Assembly (NCBI GenBank): GCA_010015805.1
Contig: ML978130.1
Location: forward strand, 992,001 to 1,056,000
Origin: Rhizodiscina lignyota
Lineage: Eukaryota
Direction: 5' to 3'
Length of the DNA: 64,000 bases
Shown: positions 47,885-60,872 of the stretch, piece by piece
How the letters are laid out: every line of letters begins with the position of its first letter
Numbering within the stretch: the stretch's first letter is position 1
Position numbers and translations under genes: made by a program
Notes under the pieces: model-generated
The model's database searches: none
Told to the model about the DNA's origin: nothing
What the model saw: the letters and a program-made list of their open reading frames with translations, nothing else

Positions 47885-50284
47885 AACTTCTCTGTCACCT
47901 CAGGACGTGCGAAGGGTAGGCGAGAATGTCTGAAAAGGAGGTTAATTGCAGGTAGCAGAGCATTCAGAAATGAAGAAAGCATGGTCGGGACGAAAAACCT
48001 GGGGTTAACTGGAGAAGACATGGAGCCGGGTGTTTGTGGGGAGGCAGAAAGGAGGGCCAGGGGGGGGCGCTTGAACGGCTCGCCCGAGTTTCGGCGTTAC
48101 GCTCTATTTTGCGACATGGCGCATAATTGAAGTTGGATCTCTACAAGGATCAATTAGCTCCTTCCTCTCGGCCAGTATGGAGTCTCCCATCGGATCTGCT
48201 CATCCTGCATACCGAGATCCACGGCTTCTCCGATAATTGCAAGCTTTACTATGCGGAATTCCACATAGGGTAGGACTATGGTCAGCAGGGGCGAACAGTC
48301 AAAATAATGAACGAATCGACACTGATTATTAACTATGACGACCCTGCACGTATTTGATGACGAAATTGTTCTTATCTTTCCAACGAAACAATGTATATTG
48401 TCAGAACTCCAGCGTGTTCGGGATGTGCGGGTCCATAGCTTCAGCTTCAGATCGCACGTAAAACTATCAGGGCCAAATGTTTTATTGGAAAATAATCTCA
48501 TAACATTGGAGGCAGCTTTTTATCAGGAACCAAAAAGTCTAGCACTACCCCAAGATGATCGAAACCCCAAACACTTATGGTGTCGCCATTTTCTCTTTCA
48601 GCCACTACCCATGGTACCCCGCAGGCACCGTCGCGGAACACTTCATCTGTATACTTCTTCAACAAATTCTTTGTTTCTTCAGTTTTGCTCTAGAGACTGG
48701 TTAGCATGTTCGTATTCTGACATTTAAGGCGGCAAAATACACACCAGACTGATGATCTCCTCCGACTTTGATGCACCCAGCACATTCTTTAGAATGGGCT
48801 CAAATTCATGCTCTGGATATATATACAGCCCTCTTGCCCACATAGATTCGTACAGTGCGGCAAGAAGAGGCCCGAAATCGTTAGGATACTTCTCGCCGCA
48901 CGCAGATAATGCCCTTTGGATCTTGACTTGTGTAAGTTTTTCTGCTATCGTATGCGTGAAGGTTCAAGGGTGTACGCTACCTGTAAGCTCGAGGGCGAGG
49001 GATAGTTTTTAGGCCACAGTGGTGCGAGAGGGATGTGAAATCGGCTTGCCCATCGCTGAACGTCGTTTTTCATATTATTCGACCTATCTTTGAAGCTGTG
49101 AGAAGAACTATCAAGAGTGCGTAAGCTGAACGTACTTGGAGAATGCCATGGGGGACCTCCTCCGGCTGCCTTCGCCAGTGCAGCGAGATATACCGGTACA
49201 TATTTCTTCGTGATGTTTCGAAAATTTGCATTATTCTATTCAGGCGTCAGGAAATGTTCGTTGTAGATTCTCATATGTAGGTTGTGGACCTCAAGCATAT
49301 ACCACACAAAGTATGTGTAAGGGCTGTGTATGTCGAAATATAAAGTTATTTGAGGGCCCATCTTCATCGTTAGAGCAGGGCAATCGAGAAAACATCTTTC
49401 TCATAAAAATAACGTCTCCTTCATCCTACACGATTTCTTCTCGGAAGTCCGACATTTCCATCACATTTCCAGGGACATAAGCGGCTCCTGAAGGTAAGAC
49501 GGCGAGTCCTCGGCTCTCGGGACCATCTTGTGGAGCCTCGTGCGGATCCGATCAGAACAACATCCATCTATACAACAACTTGCCGAATTTTAATCCAAGT
49601 GCGAGACTTCAATTGCTAGGCGCTCATGTTGCGGTGTGTCTGCGGCGACCCAGAATAAAATCAATGGTTCACCGCCATTTGTTGCTCACCCATGATTTAT
49701 GGTCATTCAGGGGGTATCCCACAATGTTGCAGCACGGTATCTCCACGATTCCTTCTCTTCTTCCTTCAGCACAGAAGCTTAATTATGCTGCAAACATTCC
49801 CATGACATTATGTACTTCTTAAGTCATCTTTTCAGTCTACATGCTGGGGCCATCGAGTCTCGGCATCACATTGAGTGGGTGTATTCCGAGTTCGTGGTAG
49901 GCGTCTCCAATTAAGTGGGTACAATTGGTACTGCATATAACCTGGGCGCAATCATGAAACGGTTGGACGGGGAGAGATGGTGTCAGTATTCGGGAATTTC
50001 TGCCAATACCTTTAGCCGTCTGATCGAATATTCTCTAACCCGCTTCGATAGACTCTTCATCTCGTGTCGGCATACCTTCTGACGCCAGATAATCCAGCAT
50101 CCATGCACAAACAAACAAGGAAGGAGAGAATGCGGGGGCATTCCATTATAGCCCCAATCGTGTAGTAGCAGATCTCGTACAGCTTCCACAGTCGAGCTTT
50201 CCAATATCGTGTACAGAGACTAGCGCTCTCGCGAAGAAAGACGTCCGCGAGTCAACCCTCTGATTTTCTTATAAGCTTTGAAAG

Positions 50285-50989
50285 CTATTCCTGTGCGCGT
50301 CGACGCCTGCTGAGTGACACAAATGTCACTAACGCGATCAAAATGCTCGGTATTCCCATACCCAGTCCGACACCAATCGCTATTTTATCCGACTCGCTCA
50401 GACCGCTCCCATCAGAGAATTTGCCTGAACTAGTGGTTGTTTGCGTCGAATTAACACTAGTGTCAACAGACGTAGAGGAGGATTGGCTTGCAGGAGTTAT
50501 ATTCGATCTCTCTGTAGCTGTGTTCCCAACCGTAATGGGACCTGTCGAGGATGAACCACTCGTCGCTAGCGACGTCACACTGGGGAACACGACACCGGCC
50601 GCGGTGCTGCAGTAGTGGCTCCAGATCGAAAGCGCGGTAGATATTTCACGAGCGATGTCCGGTACAGATGCGCTAGAGCACCTGCTAGACACGCAGCTGC
50701 CGAGGAATGAGGTTACGGAGGTTTCGAAGTCGGTTCGACAGAAGCATCCGTTCAGGTAGGGTGAGCCAGGACAGTCCAGGAACATGACGATGTCAGAGTA
50801 CGGCGCGCCGATATGACCTGAGTCGATCCACACACAGCGCTGTCCGCATGCGCGCTCCTGGATCCAGGCAGGGTCCTGTGAGATAGACAATGTTGCTGTT
50901 GTGCTATCGCTTTGTACATCGTGGAGGAGTAACAAGAGTAGAGGTAGGGTTTCGAAGTAATGGAAGGAAAAGACACGCTGACCGAGCAT
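50285..50989 (-). CDS. Type I membrane cell-surface protein: signal peptide, CFEM-like Cys-rich domain, Ser/Thr stalk, TM
   Basis: ACGQRC..C..CFCR..CVSSRC..YC, an S/T-rich linker, and LSESDKIAIGVGLGMGIP TM followed by a basic RRRR stop-transfer. Confidence 0.8.
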   Translation of the reverse strand: MLGQRVFSFHYFETLPLLLLLLHDVQSDSTTATLSISQDPAWIQERACGQRCVWIDSGHIGAPYSDIVMFLDCPGSPYLNGCFCRTDFETSVTSFLGSCVSSRCSSASVPDIAREISTALSIWSHYCSTAAGVVFPSVTSLATSGSSSTGPITVGNTATERSNITPASQSSSTSVDTSVNSTQTTTSSGKFSDGSGLSESDKIAIGVGLGMGIPSILIALVTFVSLSRRRRAQE

Positions 50990-51536
50990 ATTAGCGACGA
51001 TGTGGTAATTTGGCGCGAAGGCTCCACGAGATACTTACGAAATAATGGGATTTATCTCAACTCGAGTTAGTGAAGAAACCAATCAAGCTTCCCGTGCTGC
51101 GAGTCGGGGAACTTCAGCCACGCTATGCAGCCAAGCTCCAGTTGACAGTTGAGAAGCTTTATTGGTTTGGTCTAGAAGTGCCACACTCCTTGGCAGACCA
51201 CATAAGAAAGTTTCACCAGCTTATTCACTTCAGCTGTATCTCCAACCCATCTAATTGCGCGCATGGAATTCGCCCTTGGGCTATTTTCCACACCAGCAGT
51301 CAATGCTCTGGCGACATAAGCGGAGGAAAATATTTGCGACTTGTTTCAACGTTAAAGATTCTGCAGATGAACCGAGCTAAACCTTCAAAGCAGAAATCTT
51401 GCGCAATTACATGCCCAGAGACATTTACGCCTGTTTCTGGCCTGAATAATTGAAAGAACCAACGTACATCCATCCTGATAGCGCATCAAAAATTGATACC
51501 GTTATTGTAAATAAGCCAAGAATGCCTAACTGAAAA

Positions 51537-52722
51537 TCAATAAATTTCTTCAACAGTTGTGACATATGCCCTCCCCTTGTCCTGAACATTCTGCTCCTCT
51601 CTCATAAGAGGAATGAATCGGCTTGCCGCATTATCGGGACTGAGTCTCAAATGCCAGTGCCTCTGCTTCTCAGGCAAGTATCCCACGGCGACATTATCAT
51701 GGTCAATACCCGGAGGCGGCGGCATCATCGCAAGGAAGAGGATACAGCTGTAAGCTATGACGGAGAACAACCTGTAGAAGACGGTATGAATAAGCCTCGT
51801 CGTCAAACTTTCTTCGATTTCAGCTTCGCATGTAGTTCGAGGACTTTAAATACGAGTGTCCACAGAAAGTCGAGAAGTGTGCGTAGTGTCATTGCAAACG
51901 CGAGGAGAGCCAAACAGGCCTTGAAGTTTCATTTGGTTTCTTTCAGATACTTTATGGCGAGGTAGACAACTGCTGCGAAGACCGGCATGCAGATGAGAAG
52001 CATGCCGGTGAAGCCAGAGAGTTTCACCAGTTTGTCTTCAGCCTTGTCGAAATTCTTGTCTTTGGAAATGTTGTATGCCTTTTGAGTCTCAAACACCCAG
52101 CGTATTGCCGTGACGACAATATCAGCTATGTTGATCGCGTTGATCAGGCAGGTGAGGAAGTAGCAGAAACGAATCGTCCATTTGCAGCGCGTGTCAGAAG
52201 CATTCCCGTATTTTAGGAGAATTGGCGTTAGTTGCCAAAGGAGGAAGACGACGAGTAGCCCTTGTGTGGTGCCGTTTAAAGCGCTAATGCTCACACTAAT
52301 CGCGGCAGGGTAGAACCATCGAATTGGCTGCCTGATTTCCTGGACGATGTGGTTGTACACTTGCACTGCGTAGATTCTGTACACTTCTGTATCAGCATTT
52401 GTGCGCATAAACAATGCATAAATCGGGTGTACTACTTACAAACCCATACAAAGAGTCGATGCAATAATCGGTTGTCGAAGGTATTTACGACTGAAGCTTT
52501 CTCAACTCGGTTTATTTTTGCCGCGATGCCGGACCCAGCAAGTAGACACTGTCAATATGGTGAAAATGGTCAACCATGCCAGGTCTGCCACAAATTGTGT
52601 TGTGGCCAGAGGGTTCTTGAAGTGATATCCATATGGCATGATCGTGCCATTCATCTGAACTTGGAAGAAAAGAGATAGGAATTCCCACTCGTGTCAGTGT
52701 AGTTTTGGTAATATTCAGACAT
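51537..52722 (-). pseudogene. Decayed multi-pass integral membrane protein gene
   Basis: Successive hydrophobic helices with one GTAAGT..CAG intron (~52439-52377). In-frame TGA at ~52503 (KPS*ESF) and 51929-51931 (ETK*NFKACLALL), plus frameshifts near 52670 and ~51810. Confidence 0.6.
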
Positions 52723-54859
52723 AGCGCAATTACGAGAAGCTCGAACAGGCAAGGCAGTAAATAGCAGAGATAACCAATAGTCTTAGTAGAATGAGCTTAA
52801 AGAGAGCCCTACTGGCAGTAGAAGATGCTTTATCTTGCGCTGCTTCGTGGGTTGAATTTGGATGAGGGAGCTAACTTAATGAGATAGGGCGCGGAGTTGC
52901 TAGCGCTCATGGACCGGTGGAGAGAGCGTATTGCCCATTGTTCCCTTCTCGATGCACACATGTCCTATACCTTCAAGGCGACTATTAATTTGCGACTTCA
53001 GCTGAATACCTTAGGTGTCCAGGCTTCCTGAGACTAGCAATTAAGATTTCCTGCCAAGAAAGGTAACGAAGCTAAAGGACCGAGAAGCGGGAGCCTAGGC
53101 CCTATAGCCAATCGGAAGGAGTGCCAGGATGGAGATTTTTGTAATCGCTGTTAAGCGAACAAGGTTGCGGCAAGTCTTCAGTTGATATCAGCCCTACCAC
53201 GGATTATCAGACGTTCAAGCTGAAGCGGGAAGGATGGAAGAAAGGAACAAGGGCTGATTGCGTTCTGAATGATTAAGGCGTCCGTATCGCATATAGATGA
53301 TATGGAAATGTTGATGGATACAGCTTCCCCAGTTTCAAAAGCCGATTCTGTTGCTGTTGGAATTTCGTAAGTCGTACCACACCATGGCCGGCGCGTACTC
53401 AAGCTTAAACAAACAATTCCCCAGAAAGGAGCCCAGAGAGGCAAGGCATGAGGCTGAACATTTCGTAGAATCAATTGGAGGGGCAATATTTGGACAGGCT
53501 GCATTAAGGCCAAGAAGCGGCCTATTTTGGACTGCTCGAGAACAAAGCCATCACCGTTCTATAGCCAGTCCATGGTGCGCGCGGTCTTCCCGGCACCTAG
53601 GCTGAGCCTGTTGACGAATTGAAACCTCCGAGGAATGACTGCACAATCCCTTTCCAGAACTCTGGTACAGGCACGTTATTGTCATTTATGTTCTTTGTCA
53701 TCCTGCCCTCAACCATTGTCGATAGATAACTGTGAAATCCCATAGAAGTATCGTCTAGAACATCTCTAGAGATGACAAGAAGACTAGAATCTGTTGAATT
53801 GATGACCTCGCGAATTACCTCTTATGGCCATGATGCCAAATCTAAAAACATAGTGGGCTGTGGTGGGCCCACTTCGTGGGATAGAGACTGAGTATTCTCG
53901 TCAAGTAGTGGGGATTGTGCGAGGGCCCCATAGATATGGCCCAGAGCCTCCCATCCGAGCGCTGTACTTGACATTACCTCTTTGCCGAAGTATGGTGTGG
54001 ATCGTCTCGTCTAGGCCGAATTTCCCAGCGCGGATGGTGCCGTCGGCCATTTGAAGCGATCGATATGATTCATCAGTCTTTGGTTGGCAGCGGTAGAGGA
54101 ATGGTGTAGCAGGCCTAACTGCTCTGGATAGTGTTCTCTGCGACATCTTCGCTATAATTTAAAACATGAACGACCGCAACGATATATGATTTCACGCTTG
54201 AGGTTGATGTTGCATGAATTAGCTTACCTAAGCTTGCTCCAGCCACCTTGACTCCCGTGCCCACCCTCTAGCTCAGGTACCCACGTACCTAGGACGCGGC
54301 AACGCGCAGCACGGGAATTCCCGACGCATTATCACGTGCTCTTCAGTGGCCGGGATGGGCTGCTGGTGGGGCCTGGGCAGAGAGATGGGCTGCCCGAAAA
54401 GGTAGCTTATTCTGACTCCTCTTATCGAGCCGACAGTAGCAGATATCTCCTCGTTGCTCTTGTTCCGAGTCTGTACACTCTACTCTTATCTCGCAATAGC
54501 CCAGCGCGACTTCTGAAATGGTAGGGTCTTCAAAGTGTTGTCTCCACCGCCGGAAACGGCATTCCAAGGTGGAATGCGAGATGCCATCCGCGAACGTGAT
54601 GGTGCACAGCTCAGCTCGCACTAGAATGATACGATTTCGACCTCCTTTGGGCATCTGCTTGCGGCTAATCACCGTTCGCGGCAATTTACTGTCTCTGTAT
54701 GTCTTGGGAATGCATCGGATGGTCAATAAAAAAAAGGTTTGCCAGCCCGGCCCATTGAAAACCATGCTCTGCAATCGCAACGAAGATCAATGCACTCTTG
54801 TCTAACTTTGTCGTTCATTCAAATATCTCCATTGCAGTCTTTTATGGTCTCCATTCAAC

Positions 54860-57154
54860 ATGGCCTCAGCCCCCAGCGAGGAGTGGGTCGACCTCGACGT
54901 CCAAACGATGGCCGGCCAAATCGGGTTGTCCACCAACCAAACGTCTGAGAGACTCAATCAGATTGACCGTGTCCGCGCTCTTGGCGTCGCAGAGCACATC
55001 GATCTCCCTCAACTTGTTGTTTGTGGCGACCAGTCTGCCGGGAAGAGTTCTGTCCTTGAGGGAATCACAGGTATTCCTTTCCCACGTCAGGAAGGTATCT
55101 GTACAAAGTTTGCTACCGAGATCATCCTTCGCCATCAACTTGGGATGAACTCTATGACCGCCACAATCTTTCCAAGTGCCAACCGAACGCAGCAGGAAAA
55201 GGGCAGCCTGAAGCAATTCCGACGAGCGTTGTCCTGCTTTGATGAGTTGCCTCAAATCATCGAGGAAGCTTCCGACCTGATGGGGATACGTGGACACACG
55301 ACAGCAGCTGACGCACCTACTTTTACGGCCGACGTCCTTCGATTGGAAATTGTCGGTAATACTGGTCTTCATCTTACCGTTGTGGATGTCCCGGGGCTTA
55401 TATCTGGTGCGGATGACGAAAGCGATTCAGCTCTAGTCGAGGAGCTGGTAACGTCTTATATGAAGAAATCCCGCACGATCATTCTTGCAGTGATTCAAGC
55501 AAACAATGATATAGAGACGGAAACAATCATTCGACGAGCTAAGAAGTTCGACAGATCCGGAGATCGGACAGTTGGAATCGTCACCAAGCCAGACCTCATT
55601 AACGAGCATACAGAAGCACGAGTTGCAGCCTTATCAAGAGACCGGAACAAGCTTAAACTGGGGTTTTTCTTGCTCAAAAATCCGACACCTTCTCAGCTAC
55701 GAGAAAACATCACGTGGCAAAAGCGTATTGAAGCGGAGCGCCTTTTTTTTGATTCCAGCCCATGGAAAGAGCAGGTCTTAGATAAGAGTCGTATTGGTGC
55801 AGGAAACTTGAGAATCTTCCTCCAGGAGCTCCTGGACCGTCATATCGAGCTAGAATTGCCGAAAGTTCGCGGGGACATCCAAGAGCTACTTACCACGGCA
55901 GTTGCAGAATTGAAGCAGCTTGGGATCGAGCGAACCTCTATTGGCCAGAAGCGCATGTTCCTGACCGGACTCAGCATGGAATTCTACAGCATTTCCAAAG
56001 CCGCTTTGGACGGGAACTACTACGGGCGAGAATCACCCTTCTTTGAGGCCTTGGATATGAAGGATTCGAACCGACTGAGAGCAATCGTCCACATGGAAAA
56101 CATGTCGTTCGCAGATTATATGCAAGATCATTCCGAGAAGAGAAAGGCAGTGGGGGATGGGGATTCCTCAGAAGATGGACAGGGAGATAGACAAGAGAAG
56201 AAGCAAGACGATAGACAAAAGAAGAAGCAAGACGATAGACAAAAGAAGAAGCAAGACAACGAGCAACTATGCCTGACGCCTAAACAAATGAGACAGTGGG
56301 TCAAGACAGTGAGTTGAAGCACCCTATCTAGGATGGACAGTTGTTCTAACGTGGCAGGTATACCATGCGACTCGTGGACGCGAATTGCCCGGAAATTATA
56401 ACCATGTCCTCCTATCTGAGCTCTATCATGAGCAGTCTTCACATTGGGGGGACATTGGGCGAAATCACCTACGCGCTGTCACGACTCTAGTTAGTCGATT
56501 CGCCCACTCTGCGCTGCACCGCGTAGTGACAGACGTGGACGTCCGGCGTAGTTTGCAAGTTGTCATTGATGAAAAACTGCAGCAGAACTACGATGCTGCT
56601 GAGGCCGAATTTGAAAGATTGTTAGGTGATGAACAGTTCCATCCTATTACGTATAACCACTACTTTACGGATAACATTCAAAAATCACGACAGGACAAAA
56701 TGAAGAAGCAAATTACGTCGTCAATAAGCCGGGTCATCACTTCTGACTTCAACGGCCACTTTCACGTGAAGAATTCACCTGACGAGATCAACCGACTGGT
56801 TGTGAACCTGCAGAAAGGAATTGTGGTGGACATGGATGAACAAGCTTGTACTGAGGCACTGGATGGCCTAAGGTCATACTACAAAGTAAGCGGAGTTTTT
56901 GGATATTTGGTGATAGATACTAATAGACACAGGTCGCACGGAAGACGTTTGTCGATAATATGTGCCGCCAAGTCATCGAGAGGCACGTACTCGACGGGTT
57001 GGCCGGTGCTTTCGATCCTGTCAGTGTGAGTGAGTATGAGGAGGTGGAGGTTGAGAGAATCACCGCAGAAACTCCCGAGCTGCAGCGCCGCCGCAAGGAA
57101 TTGGCAGATTTGAAGCAGACACTCGAGTGTAGTCTTAGAGAACTGAGAGAGTGA
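54860..57154 (+). CDS. Dynamin-family GTPase, Mx-like
   Basis: G1 GDQSAGKSS, G2 CTKF, G3 DVPG, G4 TKPD, RGRELPG, PITYNHY, GED region YYK|VARKTFVDN. Introns 56309..56357 and 56886..56932. Confidence 0.94.
56186..56257 (+). repeat. Three in-frame 24-bp tandem repeats (DRQ[E/K]KKQD)
   Basis: gatagacaa(g/a)agaagaagcaagac x3, with a single mismatch. Confidence 0.92.
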
Positions 57155-58405
57155 ACGTGGTTATTCTCTTAGCGCACCGGTTGAGTTCTTTAATGCATTA
57201 GATGCTCCTGGCTGTCTTTTTGGTCTGTTTTTTTTGCTATATTCAGGCACACTTTCTCGATCATGAAAGCATACTTAGTGAGATTACTACAATGACTGCG
57301 CCGTTTTGGACACTGAATGCAGATGCGTTTATTCAAGGGAAGATCAGAGAAAAAGAAAGCTACCATGAACGCTCGGTTGCTTTGCAAATTCTGTCGTGAA
57401 ACAGCTTGACGACGTCCAGGATGCCCTTGTGAATTGCCCAGTCCAATGTGCTGTGACTATTTTCATCCTTTAATTAGGAGAATGGACCAGGATATTCGCA
57501 AAGGTGACGCCGTCTACAATGCCACTCAAGACGCTGCGAAGTGGGCCCGGAGGCTTCGTCACAGGAGGGCTGCTCAACTACACGTGTCCGAAGCGGGGGT
57601 CATTGCAATTCATGTTCCGTTGCGCCAAAGGTATGATAAAGGATAACTCTCTAGCTAATGTACAGTAACAGGTCGCGAAGCCTGTGCGAGCCTGCCTTAA
57701 GAGACGCCGACGTCGTAGCATGAATGAGAGAATTTTCATGGGGATGGTCGGAGTGGATCACGCCACGGGAATAGATAGGATATGTCGATACGCTAGGGAT
57801 ATATGACGGTGGTTGGGAGCGCGTACATATGAGGCATTCCGCCCTGTCTATAGCTTCAGACACGACATCACTTCTACATAAAGCTACTTGAGTCGTACTC
57901 GACAATGCGTAGGTTAAGGTCAGACTCATATCTATTAACTACTTGAGGTCTAACTGCATAATCGGCGTAGAGATCACATAATCCCTAAGACGTAGCTAGA
58001 TAAGAAAGTCGAAGAGCTCGGCAATACGATAGTAAGCTATTCCCTTTATAATTGAATCTTTAATAGCCTCATAGCACATTTACGAGTACGTCATCCACCC
58101 AGCAACCTAGATCAACACCGCTGACAGGTTTCGGAGTTGGGACGCCCTTGGCCAGTACAGAAATCTCCAGGGAGCTTAATGATTAGGTTCCTCACGCTGA
58201 ACCAGTTTCCGGGCTGTCCAACAAACGGGCATTCGTCACTCGGGCCCCGTTTAATGACTATCCGACGGTATTAAAAAAACGAGATAACAAAGGTGGAGCC
58301 CAATTAGAAAGGTGGTGATGAGGAAGCGATGCGACATATGAGATCAGAGTCGGAAGACACGCTGTGTTCGTGCTGGGGCTAAGAACGGATAATTCTTCTA
58401 GTTAT

Positions 58406-60043
58406 CTATAACTTAGCGGAGCTACCCCGAACCCTGTTCAGGGCTAACTTCTCAAGCTTATCAGATACTCCATATGCTGCTGCCAATTGCTCCGTTTTAC
58501 TCTTCTGTGACTTGATCTTTGCCAAGGCTGCGTTGCCTTTCTTGTTTTCCGCACGACCGAGTTGTAGCAGGTGGATTTCATCAGGGCCGTCGACAAGTCT
58601 GTGAGTCAAGGTGAGCTGGCAACTCTAAAGCAAAAGTTGGACGCAATGAAAGGAAAAATCGTATCTTACCTCATAGTCCTCCCTCCGGCCCACATGCTTG
58701 CAAGTGGCGTATCTTGGGAAACGCCGGCCCCGCCGTACGCTTGAATGGCCCAGTCGACAACCTCACCAAGAACCTTGGGCACAAATACTTTCGCCTCTGC
58801 AATCTCCTTCAGGGCCTCCTTTGCATTCATCTGATCAATCTTAACCGCGGCACTACAGACGATGAGTCTCGCAGCGTCGATATTCAAGCGAGATTTGGCA
58901 ATACGCTCGGAAATGACTCCATGGTCGCGCAACAGTGTCCCAAAAGGCTTCTTCCTGGGGTCTGCGGCACGGGCAATGAGATATTCGAGAGCTCTTTCGG
59001 CCTATTGCTCTTGTTATTATGGGGTTGGCTGTAATGATGAGAATTGCTAGTAACGTACAGCACCAACAGAGCGCATTGCATGATGGATTCGACCCGGTCC
59101 CAGCCGGCCTTGCATAATCTCAAAGCCGCGACCTGGGCCGAGGACCATATTACTAGCATGAACGCGGACATTCTCGAAAGTAATATGTCCATGGCCATGA
59201 GGAGCGTCATCGTATCCGAAGACGCTGAGCATACGGTCGACGGTCATGCCAGGAGTGTCTGCCGGGACCAGGATAAGGGATTGTTGGCGATATGGGTCGG
59301 GGTTGTGCGGGTCAGTCTTGCCCACGACAAGGTAGACCTCGCAACGGGGGTCTCCAGCACCGCTTGACCACCATTTCTATATAGCACGCAGTCAGTGATA
59401 CTGAGATCGAAATGGAGAAATGGGGAGAGATAAAGGTAGATAGTCGACTGACCGCGCCGTTCAGGACCCAATAATCACCGTCCCTGGTCATTTGCAAGCC
59501 GATGTTTGTAGCATCGCTGCTCGCAACATCTGGTTCGGTCATCAAGAAAGCTGATCTGATCTTCCCATCCAGGAGGGGCTTCAGCCATCTTGCCTGCTGT
59601 TCTGCTGTTCCGTACTTGGCCAAGACCTCCATATTACCAGTGTCTGGGGCAGCGCAATTAGTGACTTCAGGGGCTATCGCGCTCTTGCCCAGAATTTCGG
59701 CCATCAAGCCATATTCGATGTTGCTGTAGCCCGCGGAGATGTCTTTGCCGTGGGCATCGTGGAAGTGGCCCTTGGGAGCGAACAGGTTCCAAAGGCCCAG
59801 TGACTTGGCTTTGGACTTCAAGTCTTCGATGATTTTCGGATGAGCAGAGAAACGCTCTATTGTGTTACGGCCTAGGAGAGAATCGAATACGGGGTCGGAA
59901 GGAATGCACTCATCTTCGACAAAGCGCTCGAGCACATCTAAGGTGCGCTTTGCTTTGTCCCCAACGAGCGGTAAAATGAGGGTGGGTATGCGCTCCGAGG
60001 CAGGGGGGATGGGAGAGTCTTTGATCGGCCTGTTGGAAGCCAT
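58406..60043 (-). CDS. Acyl-CoA dehydrogenase (ACAD10/11-IBR3-like), peroxisomal
   Basis: [56 protein letters not shown]-terminal AKL. Three introns. Confidence 0.95.
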
Positions 60044-60872
60044 TGCTATTGGATGTGAAGTTACCAGGATGGGACAGAGGATTTAGTTCTGGTAGACCAG
60101 CGAGAGACGAAAACTTTTTTATGATGTCACATGAATGATACGTTGCGACGGATATCTACTAAAACTCATCGATATCGGCGGATGTCGGAGACTGCCAAAA
60201 CGTTGATTTACTCTGCCTTCAAAATTCCTCGGGACAGCGACAAATATAACAAAAGATGGCAAGGGTGATGCTCACACCACACTCAACTGGAAAATTGCCT
60301 CGGTCGAGATTCATCGCTCACTTAGGCGGGTATCCATGTCCATGATGCCCTTAGTCAGACGCTCTGTTTAGTGAGCACCCCCGAGCCGCACGTGATTTGG
60401 TGTTTGTCTCCAAGGGGCACTGCAGGGGGTATCATTACCCTTATAAATATGGAAGCCTTGCAATAGAGGCTGAACCCCGCTTTGATGTGGCTACAAATAC
60501 TCACAAAATGTTGAGTAATGTAATATCTTATAAGAGACAGTATTTTGCCAAGCCGCCAGTTGAAGAGCCGAAGCGACGGAAAACTCTAAGTCTGTGTTCC
60601 TGAGGCAGAAATGTTACACCACGACCCATAGCCACGTGTGCCACATGTTGTATATAGCCAATTTTCTTCTTCCTAGAATTCTCTCATGCGTACTCCGACT
60701 GTTCCCTCGATATAACTTTCCCTTGAGCCTCTACTAAAATGAGTGGAACGGTTCGGATCATAACTGTCTTACTTTGCCGTATTTACATTCACTTAATATG
60801 AATCCTGAATATCAACGCTTACAGTACTTCCCCTGCCATCTCAAGCACCTCTATCCCACACCATCAGCAGCA

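Noticed and set aside
48150..50210. Possible decayed gene(s) in a long intergenic stretch
   Set aside because: Only short ORFs with no identifiable motif; cannot be supported without a homology search.
56186..56257. CRISPR-like repeat array
   Set aside because: Head-to-tail coding repeat without spacers, in a eukaryotic gene.
6883..57154. Intact Starship or other giant mobile element
   Set aside because: No DUF3435 tyrosine recombinase or element termini were recognised, and core housekeeping genes are interleaved.
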